This document shows positions 1 to 8,429 of a stretch of DNA of 30,873 bases, in pieces. The position numbers and the translations under genes were made by a program. The stretch lies in the NCBI GenBank assembly GCA_013166835.1, contig JABLTI010000045.1, positions 1 through 30,873 on the forward strand, in the 5' to 3' direction. The notes under the pieces were generated by a model. It saw only the letters and a list, made by a program, of their open reading frames with translations, made no database searches and was not told where the DNA came from. This DNA comes from Promethearchaeati archaeon. Its GTDB lineage: Archaea; Asgardarchaeota; Heimdallarchaeia; JABLTI01. The first letter of the stretch is position 1. Each line of letters begins with the position of its first letter.

Positions 1-2595
1 GCATGAGCAGCAGCTAAACGAGCAACGGGAACACGGAGAGGAGAACAACTAACATAGTCCAAACCAATGCGATAACAGAAATCAATGGATTTTGGATCGC
101 CGCCTTGTTCACCGCAAATACCAATTTCAATGGCTGGATTACCAGCTCTACCGCCTTGAACAGTCATTACCATGAGCTGACCAATGCCATTCTGTTCAAT
201 AGAGACAAAAGGATCTTCCTCGAGAATACCAAGGTCAATATACAAACCAATGAATTTACCAGCATCATCACGGGAGAAGCCCATCGCCATTTGATGGAGA
301 TCATTTGTTCCAAAACTAAAGTAGTCGCAACCTGCTTCAGCTATTTGTTTAGCAACAAAGCATGCTCTTGGAACCTCGATCATAGTTCCTATTTTGAATT
401 TATCTAGTTTAACACCAGATTCTTTCTCAACTTCGTCTTTCACTCTCAAGATAATATCCTTAGCTAATTCGAATTCTTTAACGAACCCAACTACTGGTAC
501 CATAATTTCAGGGTAAACAACTTTCCCTTCTTTTTGGACATTAGATGCCGCTTCAAGAATAGCTCTGGATTGCATTTCAATTAACTCAGGAATTCCCAAA
601 CAAAGTCTAACACCTCTGAAACCCATCATTGGATTTGATTCTTTAGTAGCACGGACTTCTCTAAGGAGTTTTGCTTCTTCAGAATCTACAGGTAGTTTTT
701 CTTCCCAGATTTTCTCTAGTAATTCAATTTCATCTGGTAAGAACTCATGTAGTGGTGGATCGATTAACCTAATAATAACAGGTAAACCTTTTGCTTCTCG
801 GAAAATACCTTCAAAGTCTCCTCTTTGGAATGGTAGAAGATCAAAAGCATGTTTTCTTCGCTCTTCTGGTTTATCTCTTGCCAAAATCATCTTTTGAACG
901 ATAGGCAATCTATCTTTTTCCATGAACTGTTCTTACATGGAAACCTTTTCCTTCCTTCACTGCAATTTCATCAGCCCATTTTAGGATAGTTTGCATTTGA
1001 TCTGATAAGTCTGTTTGTTTTAAAGGAAGCTTTCCTTTGTAAGCTACAGCTTCGAAACCATCAAGGGTCATCCATTCGCCCTCTTTAACTTCAATGTCGT
1101 TTGTTCCTATGAGACTTAAACCAAAAATATGCATATCTGAAACATCGCTTGCTCCAGCAATGCAAGTTGTTCCGATTTGTCTGGAAACAACTGCTGCGTG
1201 AGATGTCATTCCACCTCGTGCAGTAATGATACCTTCACTTGCTGCCATACCATGGAAATCTTCTGGTGTTGTTTCTTCGCTAACAAGAATAACTTTATTT
1301 CCTTCATCAGCTGCTGCCTTAGCTTTATCAGCGCTAAACATAGCAATTCCTGCTGCAGCACCTGGACTTGCGGGTAATCCTTTTGCAAAGGATACTGCTT
1401 TAACCTCTTTGCCATCAATCACTACTGTTTTTTGCTTTGGATTTTTCCAATCAATTTGTGGAAAAAGAGTGTTTTCAACATCTCTTGGAGTGACTCGACT
1501 AACTGCAGTTCTCTTGTCAATCATACCTTCTTTGACTAAATCATAAGCAATCTTTGCTGCTGCAACTCCGGTTCTTTTTCCAGTTCTAGTTTGTAACATG
1601 AAGAATTTGCCTTGTTGAATTGTAAATTCAACGTCTTGCACATCTTTATAGTGCTTTTCTAGTTTTTCGCATAACGCATCAAACTGCTTGTACAATTCAG
1701 GCATATCTTTCTTAAGTTGAGCAATTGGAGTGGGAGTTCTAATACCAGCTACGACATCTTCACCCTGAGCTTGTATGAGGTATTCTCCAAATCGTTCTTT
1801 CTTACCATCTGAAGGATTTCTTGTAAAAGCAACACCGGTAGCACTTGTTTGCCCAAGATTACCGTAAACCATTACTTGGACATTAACTGCAGTACCATAA
1901 TCATGTGGGATGCCTTCATGATTTCTATAATTAATTGCTCGTTCATTATTCCATGAAGAAAAGACCGCGTGTATTGAATCTTCTAATTGTACCATAGGAT
2001 CTTGTGGGAATTCTTCACCCAACAATTCTTTGTATAATTTCTTGTATTTTAAAACTAATTCTTTCAAATCAGCTGTTGAGAGATCAATATCATCTTTTAC
2101 TCCTCTCTCTTCCTTCATTTTATCAAGAAGTTCATCGAATTTCTTTCTTTCTTGATATTTTACTACATCACTGAACATCATTATGAATCTTCTATAAGAA
2201 TCATAAGCAAATCTTTCATCTTCAGCAATTTTAGCTAAACCAATAACAGCCATATCATTTAAGCCAAGGTTCAAGACAGTATCCATCATACCTGGCATAC
2301 TGACTCTTGCACCACTACGAACACTAACAAGTAGTGGGTCTGTGTGATCACCTAATTTCTTTCCCATTTTTGCTTCTAGATCTTCTAAAGCTTTCTTCAC
2401 TTGATCCATAGTACCTTTGGGGAAAGTATTGTTATTTGCTAGATAATCAATACAATTTTCTGTAGTAATTGTAAATCCTGGAGGAACTGGAACACCCAAT
2501 GTAGTCATTTCTGCTAAATTGGCTCCTTTCCCGCCAAGAAGATTTTTCATTTCTGTTTTTCCTTCATCGAAAGAATAAACATATTTCTTAGCCAT
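1..2595 (-). pseudogene. ppdK: Pyruvate, phosphate dikinase, interrupted at about 927 by a frameshifting deletion (real lesion or assembly gap); 3' end runs off the window
   Basis: N-terminal ORF has GGKGANL, VSVRSGA, QTRTGKRT and the phospho-His motif GGMTSHAAVV. Likely start is ATG 2595 (MAKKYVY) with GGAGA upstream. After HVRT the frame shifts. A second frame from 926 reads FMEKDRLPIVQKMILA...IRLIDPPLHEFLP...NPMMGFRGVRL...GICGEQGGDP...VSCSPLRVPVARLAAAH and is still in frame at base 1. Confidence 0.93.
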
Positions 2596-2852
2596 TTCTG
2601 TATTTTCTCCTAATTGTAAACAATAATACATATGATTTTTTTTAATTGCAATTCGTTTTCACTAAACAATACTACAATCACTTACTCAGCAAACATAATC
2701 GGAATAAAAGAATTACTATTTTTATGTTAATGATTACCTGTACTTTAATTTCATATTATATTTATTCCAGATTTTTCATATCTTCTCTTTTTGTTAAATT
2801 TATTCGGAAATTTTTTAAGAATCGAAAAGTAAATTGCAGTAGGTGTATCAAA

Positions 2853-3125
2853 ATGCCATACAAAAGAATAGTAGTTGAGGTAATTTCTCAAGAAGGAAAT
2901 TGTGCCGCCGGTCTCAAAGTTGGAGACAAAATTATTTTCGAAAATGGGGAAGTGAAAGGAAAGTTTTGCATTTCAGCGATGTATTCTGTTTTACCAAAAA
3001 TTTATGCAATGAAATATGAAGCTAATTTTCCTTGGCTGAAAGATAAAAATAAAGCAACTCATGCATGCCCAGATGCAGAGAATCCACTTGTTCTACTAGT
3101 TACTCGAGAAGAATACTACGAGTAA
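2853..3125 (+). CDS. TIGR04076-family small Cys-containing protein (90 aa)
   Basis: Pattern VEVISQEGNCAAGLKVGDKI...KFCISA...FPW...ACPD is typical of the family. ATG 2853 follows AGGTG; the track's upstream extension to 2646 is AT-rich intergenic sequence. Confidence 0.8.
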   Translation: MPYKRIVVEVISQEGNCAAGLKVGDKIIFENGEVKGKFCISAMYSVLPKIYAMKYEANFPWLKDKNKATHACPDAENPLVLLVTREEYYE

Positions 3126-3173
3126 TTTCTTTCTTTTTTCTTATTTTTACCGTCAGAAATCTTAAAATTAACA

Positions 3174-3181
3174 TTTAAATA
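3174..3181 (+). promoter_or_regulatory. Putative TATA box for the SCP2-AOR transcript
   Basis: TTTAAATA about 50 nt upstream of ATG 3228; an AGGAGA RBS-like site lies before the start. Confidence 0.45.
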
Positions 3182-3227
3182 CTCCCTAGTTATAGGAAAT
3201 AAAACTCTTAACAGGAGATAATAAAAG

Positions 3228-3644
3228 ATGGTTTTGAATTTTCCAAGTAAAGCATGGCTTATTGCTTACAAAGATGCTTTGAACAGTGATATAGGGAAAG
3301 CATGGCAAGAGGCAGCAAAAGATTGGGAAGGCGATTTTTTGTTTGTTATTGAACCAGATGGTGGTTTGAAAGAGAAAGTTATACTCTATATCGATCTACA
3401 TCATGGTGTATGTAGAAATGTGGAGTATTATACAGAAGATGAGGAATTACCAAAAACAGCCTTTCAATATGTTGGAATCTATTCCAATTGGTTGAAGTTA
3501 CTAAAAGGCGAAATTGATCCCATCAAGGGGATAATTATGCGTAAATTCAAGCTTGTTGGGAATAAGGCTAAAGTTCTTCGTGCTGTAAAAGCTGCTCAAG
3601 AATTAATTGCCACTGCTGAAAAGATTGAAACAGTCTTTATTTAA
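3228..3644 (+). CDS. SCP2 sterol/lipid-binding domain protein
   Basis: FPSKAW...ALN...AAKDWEGDFLFVIEPD...YSNWLKLLKGEIDPIKGIIMRKFKLVG matches the archaeal SCP2-like family. Confidence 0.82.
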   Translation: MVLNFPSKAWLIAYKDALNSDIGKAWQEAAKDWEGDFLFVIEPDGGLKEKVILYIDLHHGVCRNVEYYTEDEELPKTAFQYVGIYSNWLKLLKGEIDPIKGIIMRKFKLVGNKAKVLRAVKAAQELIATAEKIETVFI

Positions 3645-3687
3645 TCAGAGTAATTTGTTATTCTCTTAGTCTTGTATAGGTGATTTA

Positions 3688-5529
3688 ATGTCTGGTTTCA
3701 GAGGAAAAATACTGCGAATTGATCTAACAAATAAAGAAGTCAAAGAAGAAAAGCTAGATCTAAAGGCAGCCCAAGAATTCTTGGGGGGTAGTGGATTAGC
3801 TGCTCATTATTATTGGCATTATATCAAGGATTTTGAAGAAATACCTGAACCTTTGTCATCCGACAATCCCTTGATTTTCATGACTGGTGTTTTAACAGGT
3901 CTTCCATCATATTGTACAGCCAGAGCTAATTTTTGTTCAAGATCACCATTAACAACTTTCTTTGGAGAAGCTAATATTGGGGGTAAAATTGGTCCTAGGT
4001 TGAAATTTGCTGGATATGATGGAATAATCATTGAAGGGAAATCCGAAAAACCGGTTTATATTTCGATTAATGACTCTAATGTTGAGATAAGATATGCTGA
4101 AGGATTTTGGGGTAAAGGAACATATGATACTTTAGATGGGATTCGGGAGGAACTTGGGAACAAAAGAGCAGAGGTAGTTTGTATCGGTCCTGGCGGAGAA
4201 AATCTTGTAAAATATTCATGCATAATGACACATGGGGGGCGAGCTGCTGGAAGAACGGGTATGGGCGCAGTCATGGGTTCAAAGAAACTGAAAGCAATTG
4301 CTATTTATGGTACAAATAAAGAATTTGATTTGCCTGACGAATTTTTGTTATTAACAAGGGATGCGTATAATTCTGTGAAAGAGGATTATACTGTTGAGAT
4401 TTTTAGTGAGTTTGGAACATCGGGATATCTTGATGTGGCATTGGAGCATTATGGTGATATACCAATTAGGAATTGGTCAAAAGGTACACTTGAAAACGGA
4501 ACTAATCTTTCAGGAATAACCATGGCTGAAACTATCGTAACCGGGAAATCAACTTGTTATAGATGTCCAATTGCTTGCGGTAGGGAGATAGAAGTAAAAA
4601 AAGGGAAATATAAAACAAAGAAAACAGATGGTCCTGAGTTTGAAACTATAGCGAGTATGGGTACCAATTTAGGAATAACTGATCTGGAAGCAGTAGTTTT
4701 TGCTAATATCAAAGCAAATGATATTGGAATTGATACAATAAGTACCGGGGGAACAATTGGAGTATTTTTTGATTTAGTAGAGAAAGGCTTGATCTCTAAA
4801 AGTGATCTTCCGAAAAACATTCAATGTAAATTCGGTGTTGCTGAATCTCTCATAAAATTGCTTGAATTAATTGGAAATCGAGAAGGAATAGGAGATGTTT
4901 TAGCTGAAGGAAGTAAAACTTTAGCTGAAAAATTTAGTCGTCTTGATTTAGCTCCACAAGTAGCTGGATTAGAAGCACCTACTCATGACCCACGTGCATT
5001 TAGTGGTTTAGCAGTGATGTATATCACTAGTCCTCGTGGTGCTTGTCATCTAAACGGTGATGCATACTTGGTGCAGCAAGGCATGATTTTCCCTGATATC
5101 GGAATAGATAACTTGCCAAATGATCGCTTTGAAAATGAAGGAATAATTCAACCATTAGTTTATCTCCAAAGCTATAGACAAGTCTACAACGCAGCCGGAA
5201 TTTGTCAATTCTTTAATCCAAGTGGTTCTAAATTAGCAGGATTAATTTCAATTGCCAATGGAAAAAATGTCTCACCTAAAGATCTATTACGAATTGGTGA
5301 TCGTATATTTGGATTAAAACGGATTCTTAACACGAAACTTGGGTGGAGTCCAAGTTTAGAATTCTTACCTAAAGTAATGCTGCAAAAACTCGATGGTCCT
5401 ACAAATGGAAAAATTCCTGATGTTGAATTGCAATTAGATTTGTGGTACAAATATAGAAAATATAATCGGAAAACAGGAATACCATCAAAATCAGAATTGA
5501 AACGTTTGAGTCTCGAAATCTATCTTTAG
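3688..5529 (+). CDS. aor: Aldehyde:ferredoxin oxidoreductase (tungsten/bis-pterin AOR family)
   Basis: GKILRIDLT N-terminus, RSPLT, GRAAGRTGMGAVMGSKKLKAI, Fe-S motif CYRCPIAC, GPEFET, DPRA, RGACH, GICQF; 613 aa. Confidence 0.93.
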   Translation: MSGFRGKILRIDLTNKEVKEEKLDLKAAQEFLGGSGLAAHYYWHYIKDFEEIPEPLSSDNPLIFMTGVLTGLPSYCTARANFCSRSPLTTFFGEANIGGKIGPRLKFAGYDGIIIEGKSEKPVYISINDSNVEIRYAEGFWGKGTYDTLDGIREELGNKRAEVVCIGPGGENLVKYSCIMTHGGRAAGRTGMGAVMGSKKLKAIAIYGTNKEFDLPDEFLLLTRDAYNSVKEDYTVEIFSEFGTSGYLDVALEHYGDIPIRNWSKGTLENGTNLSGITMAETIVTGKSTCYRCPIACGREIEVKKGKYKTKKTDGPEFETIASMGTNLGITDLEAVVFANIKANDIGIDTISTGGTIGVFFDLVEKGLISKSDLPKNIQCKFGVAESLIKLLELIGNREGIGDVLAEGSKTLAEKFSRLDLAPQVAGLEAPTHDPRAFSGLAVMYITSPRGACHLNGDAYLVQQGMIFPDIGIDNLPNDRFENEGIIQPLVYLQSYRQVYNAAGICQFFNPSGSKLAGLISIANGKNVSPKDLLRIGDRIFGLKRILNTKLGWSPSLEFLPKVMLQKLDGPTNGKIPDVELQLDLWYKYRKYNRKTGIPSKSELKRLSLEIYL

Positions 5530-5557
5530 TTTTTCAAAGACACTTGAGGTTTAAGAA

Positions 5558-5654
5558 AATAGAAAGAAAAAGAAAAAAAGGGGGGGATTCCTTAACAATC
5601 TCTAAAAAAGAGATTATGATTTTTTAGAGGGATTTTGTTTGAGATCATTAAGGA
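5558..5654 (-). terminator. Long hairpin plus pyrimidine tract downstream of the pilin-like gene
   Basis: Nested inverted repeats TCCTTAA/TTAAGGA (5589-5595/5648-5654) and CTCTAAAAAA/TTTTTTAGAG (5600-5609/5620-5629). On the minus strand these are followed by C7 and then U-tracts. Lies between convergent genes. Confidence 0.55.
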
Positions 5655-5664
5655 TGTTCTTAAA

Positions 5665-6822
5665 TTACAGATCATTTATTGTTGGCCATACAGAGTATAG
5701 AGTGCCAATTTGAGCTGTTATTGCATCATTGAAGAGCAATACTTGACCTGCGAAATGAGAATTGGTTTCTGCTGAGATTTTAACCATGATTAAGTTAAGA
5801 CCAGATTCAAATGTAACACCATCAGTTGTGTACCATTTGTTTTTCTTTGGACAACCATCCAAAAGGAATTCACCATTTAACCAAACTTTCATTTCAGATG
5901 CACCATTTGCACCAACATTAACTGTGACTGCTGAGCCAGGGTTGTAGATATATGACCACATATATACAATTCCTCTTTTTCCCCAGTTCAAATCATCTTT
6001 CTTGTCCCAATTACCATATTTGTCAATGGCAACTAAGCCTGGATGATCACCAGCGTCTTCATAAGGAACAACAACTTGACCACTTTGGGTACCAATTTTA
6101 CCTTCAGTGAATTCTCTTTGATCTAATAAGTATGGGAAGAAATCTAATTCATCACCATTTCCACATAAGTTGATGTAGTCTACATTTATATCTGGATTTT
6201 TGTTATTGTCTTCAAATTCTCCTAAGAGGAACCAGAATGTTGGTGAGAACCCTACTTCAGCTGGGAAATTTCCTCCAGCATAAGCATCATCATCAGCTGT
6301 TCTGCTGACTATGAAATCATAACCAGTAAAACCTTCAACACCTAAATCTCCACCGATTCCTGGGATAATTTCCTCTGGAATTTCAGTAATTGTAGCGACT
6401 AATCCATGAGAAGTATAAACACTATCCTCGAAATTAATTTCAATATAGAAGGTTAAGAAGGGTTGAATTTGTTGAGCAATACCAAGAGAATAAATAGTAA
6501 TTTCATCAACAGAACTAATACTTAATTGATCAGCGAAAGTAAACCAAGCATAATCAGAACCATTTTGAACAACAATAATACTTTCAAAATCAGCATCATT
6601 TTTTCCATCATTCAATAATGGCATAGTAATAGTATCAATCAAACCATCGTTATCATAATCTTGAGCAGTAATAACTCCTGCTTCATCCACTCGTGAGTCA
6701 AAAGCTATATCCATAGAGCCATACAAAATTCCTACTGTAGTTAATGCAATTCCAATTAAGAATACTGTGGCAATAGCTGAGCTCACTGCTTTTTTGCTTT
6801 TAAATAATTTTTTAATGTTCAT
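5665..6822 (-). CDS. Type IV pilin/archaellin-like surface protein (class III signal peptide) with a C-terminal PA14/jelly-roll-like domain
   Basis: MNIKKLFKSKKA|VSSAIATVFLIGIALTTVGILYG is a basic leader, KKA cleavage site and hydrophobic helix. Also a DYDNDGLID Ca-binding-type loop and VYMWSYIY...KVWLNG...GLNLIMVKI beta-sandwich pattern. Mature region is acidic. Confidence 0.75.
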   Translation of the reverse strand: MNIKKLFKSKKAVSSAIATVFLIGIALTTVGILYGSMDIAFDSRVDEAGVITAQDYDNDGLIDTITMPLLNDGKNDADFESIIVVQNGSDYAWFTFADQLSISSVDEITIYSLGIAQQIQPFLTFYIEINFEDSVYTSHGLVATITEIPEEIIPGIGGDLGVEGFTGYDFIVSRTADDDAYAGGNFPAEVGFSPTFWFLLGEFEDNNKNPDINVDYINLCGNGDELDFFPYLLDQREFTEGKIGTQSGQVVVPYEDAGDHPGLVAIDKYGNWDKKDDLNWGKRGIVYMWSYIYNPGSAVTVNVGANGASEMKVWLNGEFLLDGCPKKNKWYTTDGVTFESGLNLIMVKISAETNSHFAGQVLLFNDAITAQIGTLYSVWPTINDL

Positions 6823-6961
6823 TTTTAAAATCGACCTCTAAAATTCATAATCTAATCGAATTTCACTATTTTAACATAGCATTTTATTATTAAAAGCGTT
6901 CTAGATAATTAGAGCAGCTGTTGTAGCTTAAAATTCAATATATCTAGGAAATTCGTCTGCC

Positions 6962-6977
6962 TATTTTTGTCGGAAAA
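6962..6977. repeat. 16-bp intergenic motif, copy 1 (TATTTTTGTCGGAAAA)
   Basis: Identical to 14667-14682; both copies lie in divergent promoter regions. Confidence 0.6.
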
Positions 6978-7064
6978 TGGTCTAAAATTACCGTTTTCCT
7001 TAAAAAAAGCATTTAATCAATAGATTTTTCTTCTGGAAAGTACAAACTCACGCGAGGAATAGCT

Positions 7065-8339
7065 ATGAAATATGATTTTAATACAACAGAAACCTGTGCA
7101 AAGAACTTAGATGAGCAAGATTCACTAGCGGAATATCGATCAAAATTCTTTATACCAAAAAATAAAATCTATGTGGATGGCAATTCATTAGGTTTGATGC
7201 CAAAACTTTCTGAAAAATCTCTCTTAAGAATTATAGATGAATGGAAAACTAATGCCATTGATGGATGGCTCGACGCTGAAAAGCCTTGGTTCTTTTTCAG
7301 TGAAGATCTTGGTGCTCAAATAGCTCCAATTGTAGGGGCAAAACCAGAGGAAGTTGTAGCTACTGGTACAACTACTGTCAACTTACATGCATTAGTAAGC
7401 TCTTTCTATAAACCAAAGGAAGGACGATCTAAGCTTTTAGCAGATGAGTTGAATTTTCCCACAGATATTTATGCTCTAAAAAGTCAAGTGGCTCTTAAGG
7501 GATATAATCCTGAGTCTGAGTTAATTCTTACTCCAAGTAAAGATGGTCGTGTTCTTGATGAAAAAGACATAGTTGATTTAATGACTGAAGATGTCGCACT
7601 AATTGTTTTACCTTCAGTTTTGTATAGAAGTAGTCAACTCTTAGATATTCCTCACCTTACAAAAGAAGCACATAAACGTGGTATCCTTATTGGTTTTGAC
7701 TGCAGTCATTCTGTAGGATTGGTTCCACATAAATTCAACGAATGGGATGTAGATTTCGCTTTTTGGTGTAGTTATAAATATCTAAATGGTGGTCCTGGAG
7801 CACCCGCTTTTCTGTATGTGAATAAAAAACATTTCAATGAATACCCTGGCTTAGCCGGTTGGTTTGGAAACAATAAAGAAACACAATTCAATATGTCTTT
7901 GGATTTTGAACCTGCTATGAGTGCTGGGCGATGGCAAATATCTTCCCCTGGGATAATTGGTGCTGCAGCAATTGAGGGTGCATTAGCAGTGACTTTAGAT
8001 GCCGGTATTGAAAATATTCGAGAGAAATCACTGAAATTAACTTCTTATTTAATTTATCTCGTTGACGAACTACTTGCAAAAGAACCCTACAATATTAGTA
8101 TAGGTACACCGAGAGAACCAAATAGAAGAGGTGGTCACATTGCACTTGAAAGAGATGAATTTGCTTACGAGATATCTGAAGCATTAAAAACTCACAATGT
8201 TGTTCCTGATTTCCGACCAAAGAATATAATACGAATTGCCCCAGTTGCACTCTACAATAACTATCATGACGTTTGGACTGTTGTTCAAATTCTGAAGAAA
8301 ATAATAGATCAGAAAGAATATGAGCAATTCATCAAATGA
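7065..8339 (+). CDS. kynU: Kynureninase (PLP-dependent)
   Basis: YVDGNSLGL, TTVNLH, NFPTDIYA, GFDCSHSVG, PLP-Lys motif FWCSYKYLNGGPG, GWFG, PDFRP..IRIAPVALYN. Confidence 0.95.
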   Translation: MKYDFNTTETCAKNLDEQDSLAEYRSKFFIPKNKIYVDGNSLGLMPKLSEKSLLRIIDEWKTNAIDGWLDAEKPWFFFSEDLGAQIAPIVGAKPEEVVATGTTTVNLHALVSSFYKPKEGRSKLLADELNFPTDIYALKSQVALKGYNPESELILTPSKDGRVLDEKDIVDLMTEDVALIVLPSVLYRSSQLLDIPHLTKEAHKRGILIGFDCSHSVGLVPHKFNEWDVDFAFWCSYKYLNGGPGAPAFLYVNKKHFNEYPGLAGWFGNNKETQFNMSLDFEPAMSAGRWQISSPGIIGAAAIEGALAVTLDAGIENIREKSLKLTSYLIYLVDELLAKEPYNISIGTPREPNRRGGHIALERDEFAYEISEALKTHNVVPDFRPKNIIRIAPVALYNNYHDVWTVVQILKKIIDQKEYEQFIK

Positions 8340-8360
8340 AATAGCTTTATTTCATAAACA

Positions 8361-8375
8361 CCAAAAGTTTAAATT
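8361..8375 (+). promoter_or_regulatory. BRE/TATA promoter of pepF
   Basis: CCAAAAG followed by TTTAAAT (8368-8374), about 55 nt before ATG 8430. An 8-bp inverted repeat ATGAAATA-GCTT-TATTTCAT (8336-8355) sits just upstream, over the kynU stop. Confidence 0.5.
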
Positions 8376-8429
8376 TCCAATAAAAACTCTTCCAACAAAT
8401 AGAACCCATTTGAAGGAAGATGATTTTTA

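Noticed and set aside
105-407. Plus-strand 100-aa ORF and the other short overlapping ORFs in the track (e.g. 1226-1546, 4557-4820, 18887-19198, 27263-27559, 28354-28659)
   Set aside because: They are antisense or alternate-frame shadows of well-supported genes and have no motifs; 105-407 lies opposite the ppdK C-terminal frame.
910-930. Programmed frameshift, intron or naturally split two-subunit PPDK (ATG at 923)
   Set aside because: An essential conserved segment is absent rather than out of frame, no sequence is inserted, and ATG 923 has no RBS.
2646-2852. N-terminal extension of the TIGR04076 ORF
   Set aside because: AT-rich divergent promoter DNA; family similarity and the RBS begin at ATG 2853.
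5589-5654. SECIS-like element (minus-strand AUGA inside a long stem)
   Set aside because: No proper tandem G-A quartet register, and the upstream gene has no in-frame UGA.
8337-8357. UGA readthrough at the kynU end (K-UGA-NSFIS-UAA)
   Set aside because: It would add only six residues at a variable C-terminus with no Cys-equivalent position; the adjacent hairpin is better explained as a terminator or operator.
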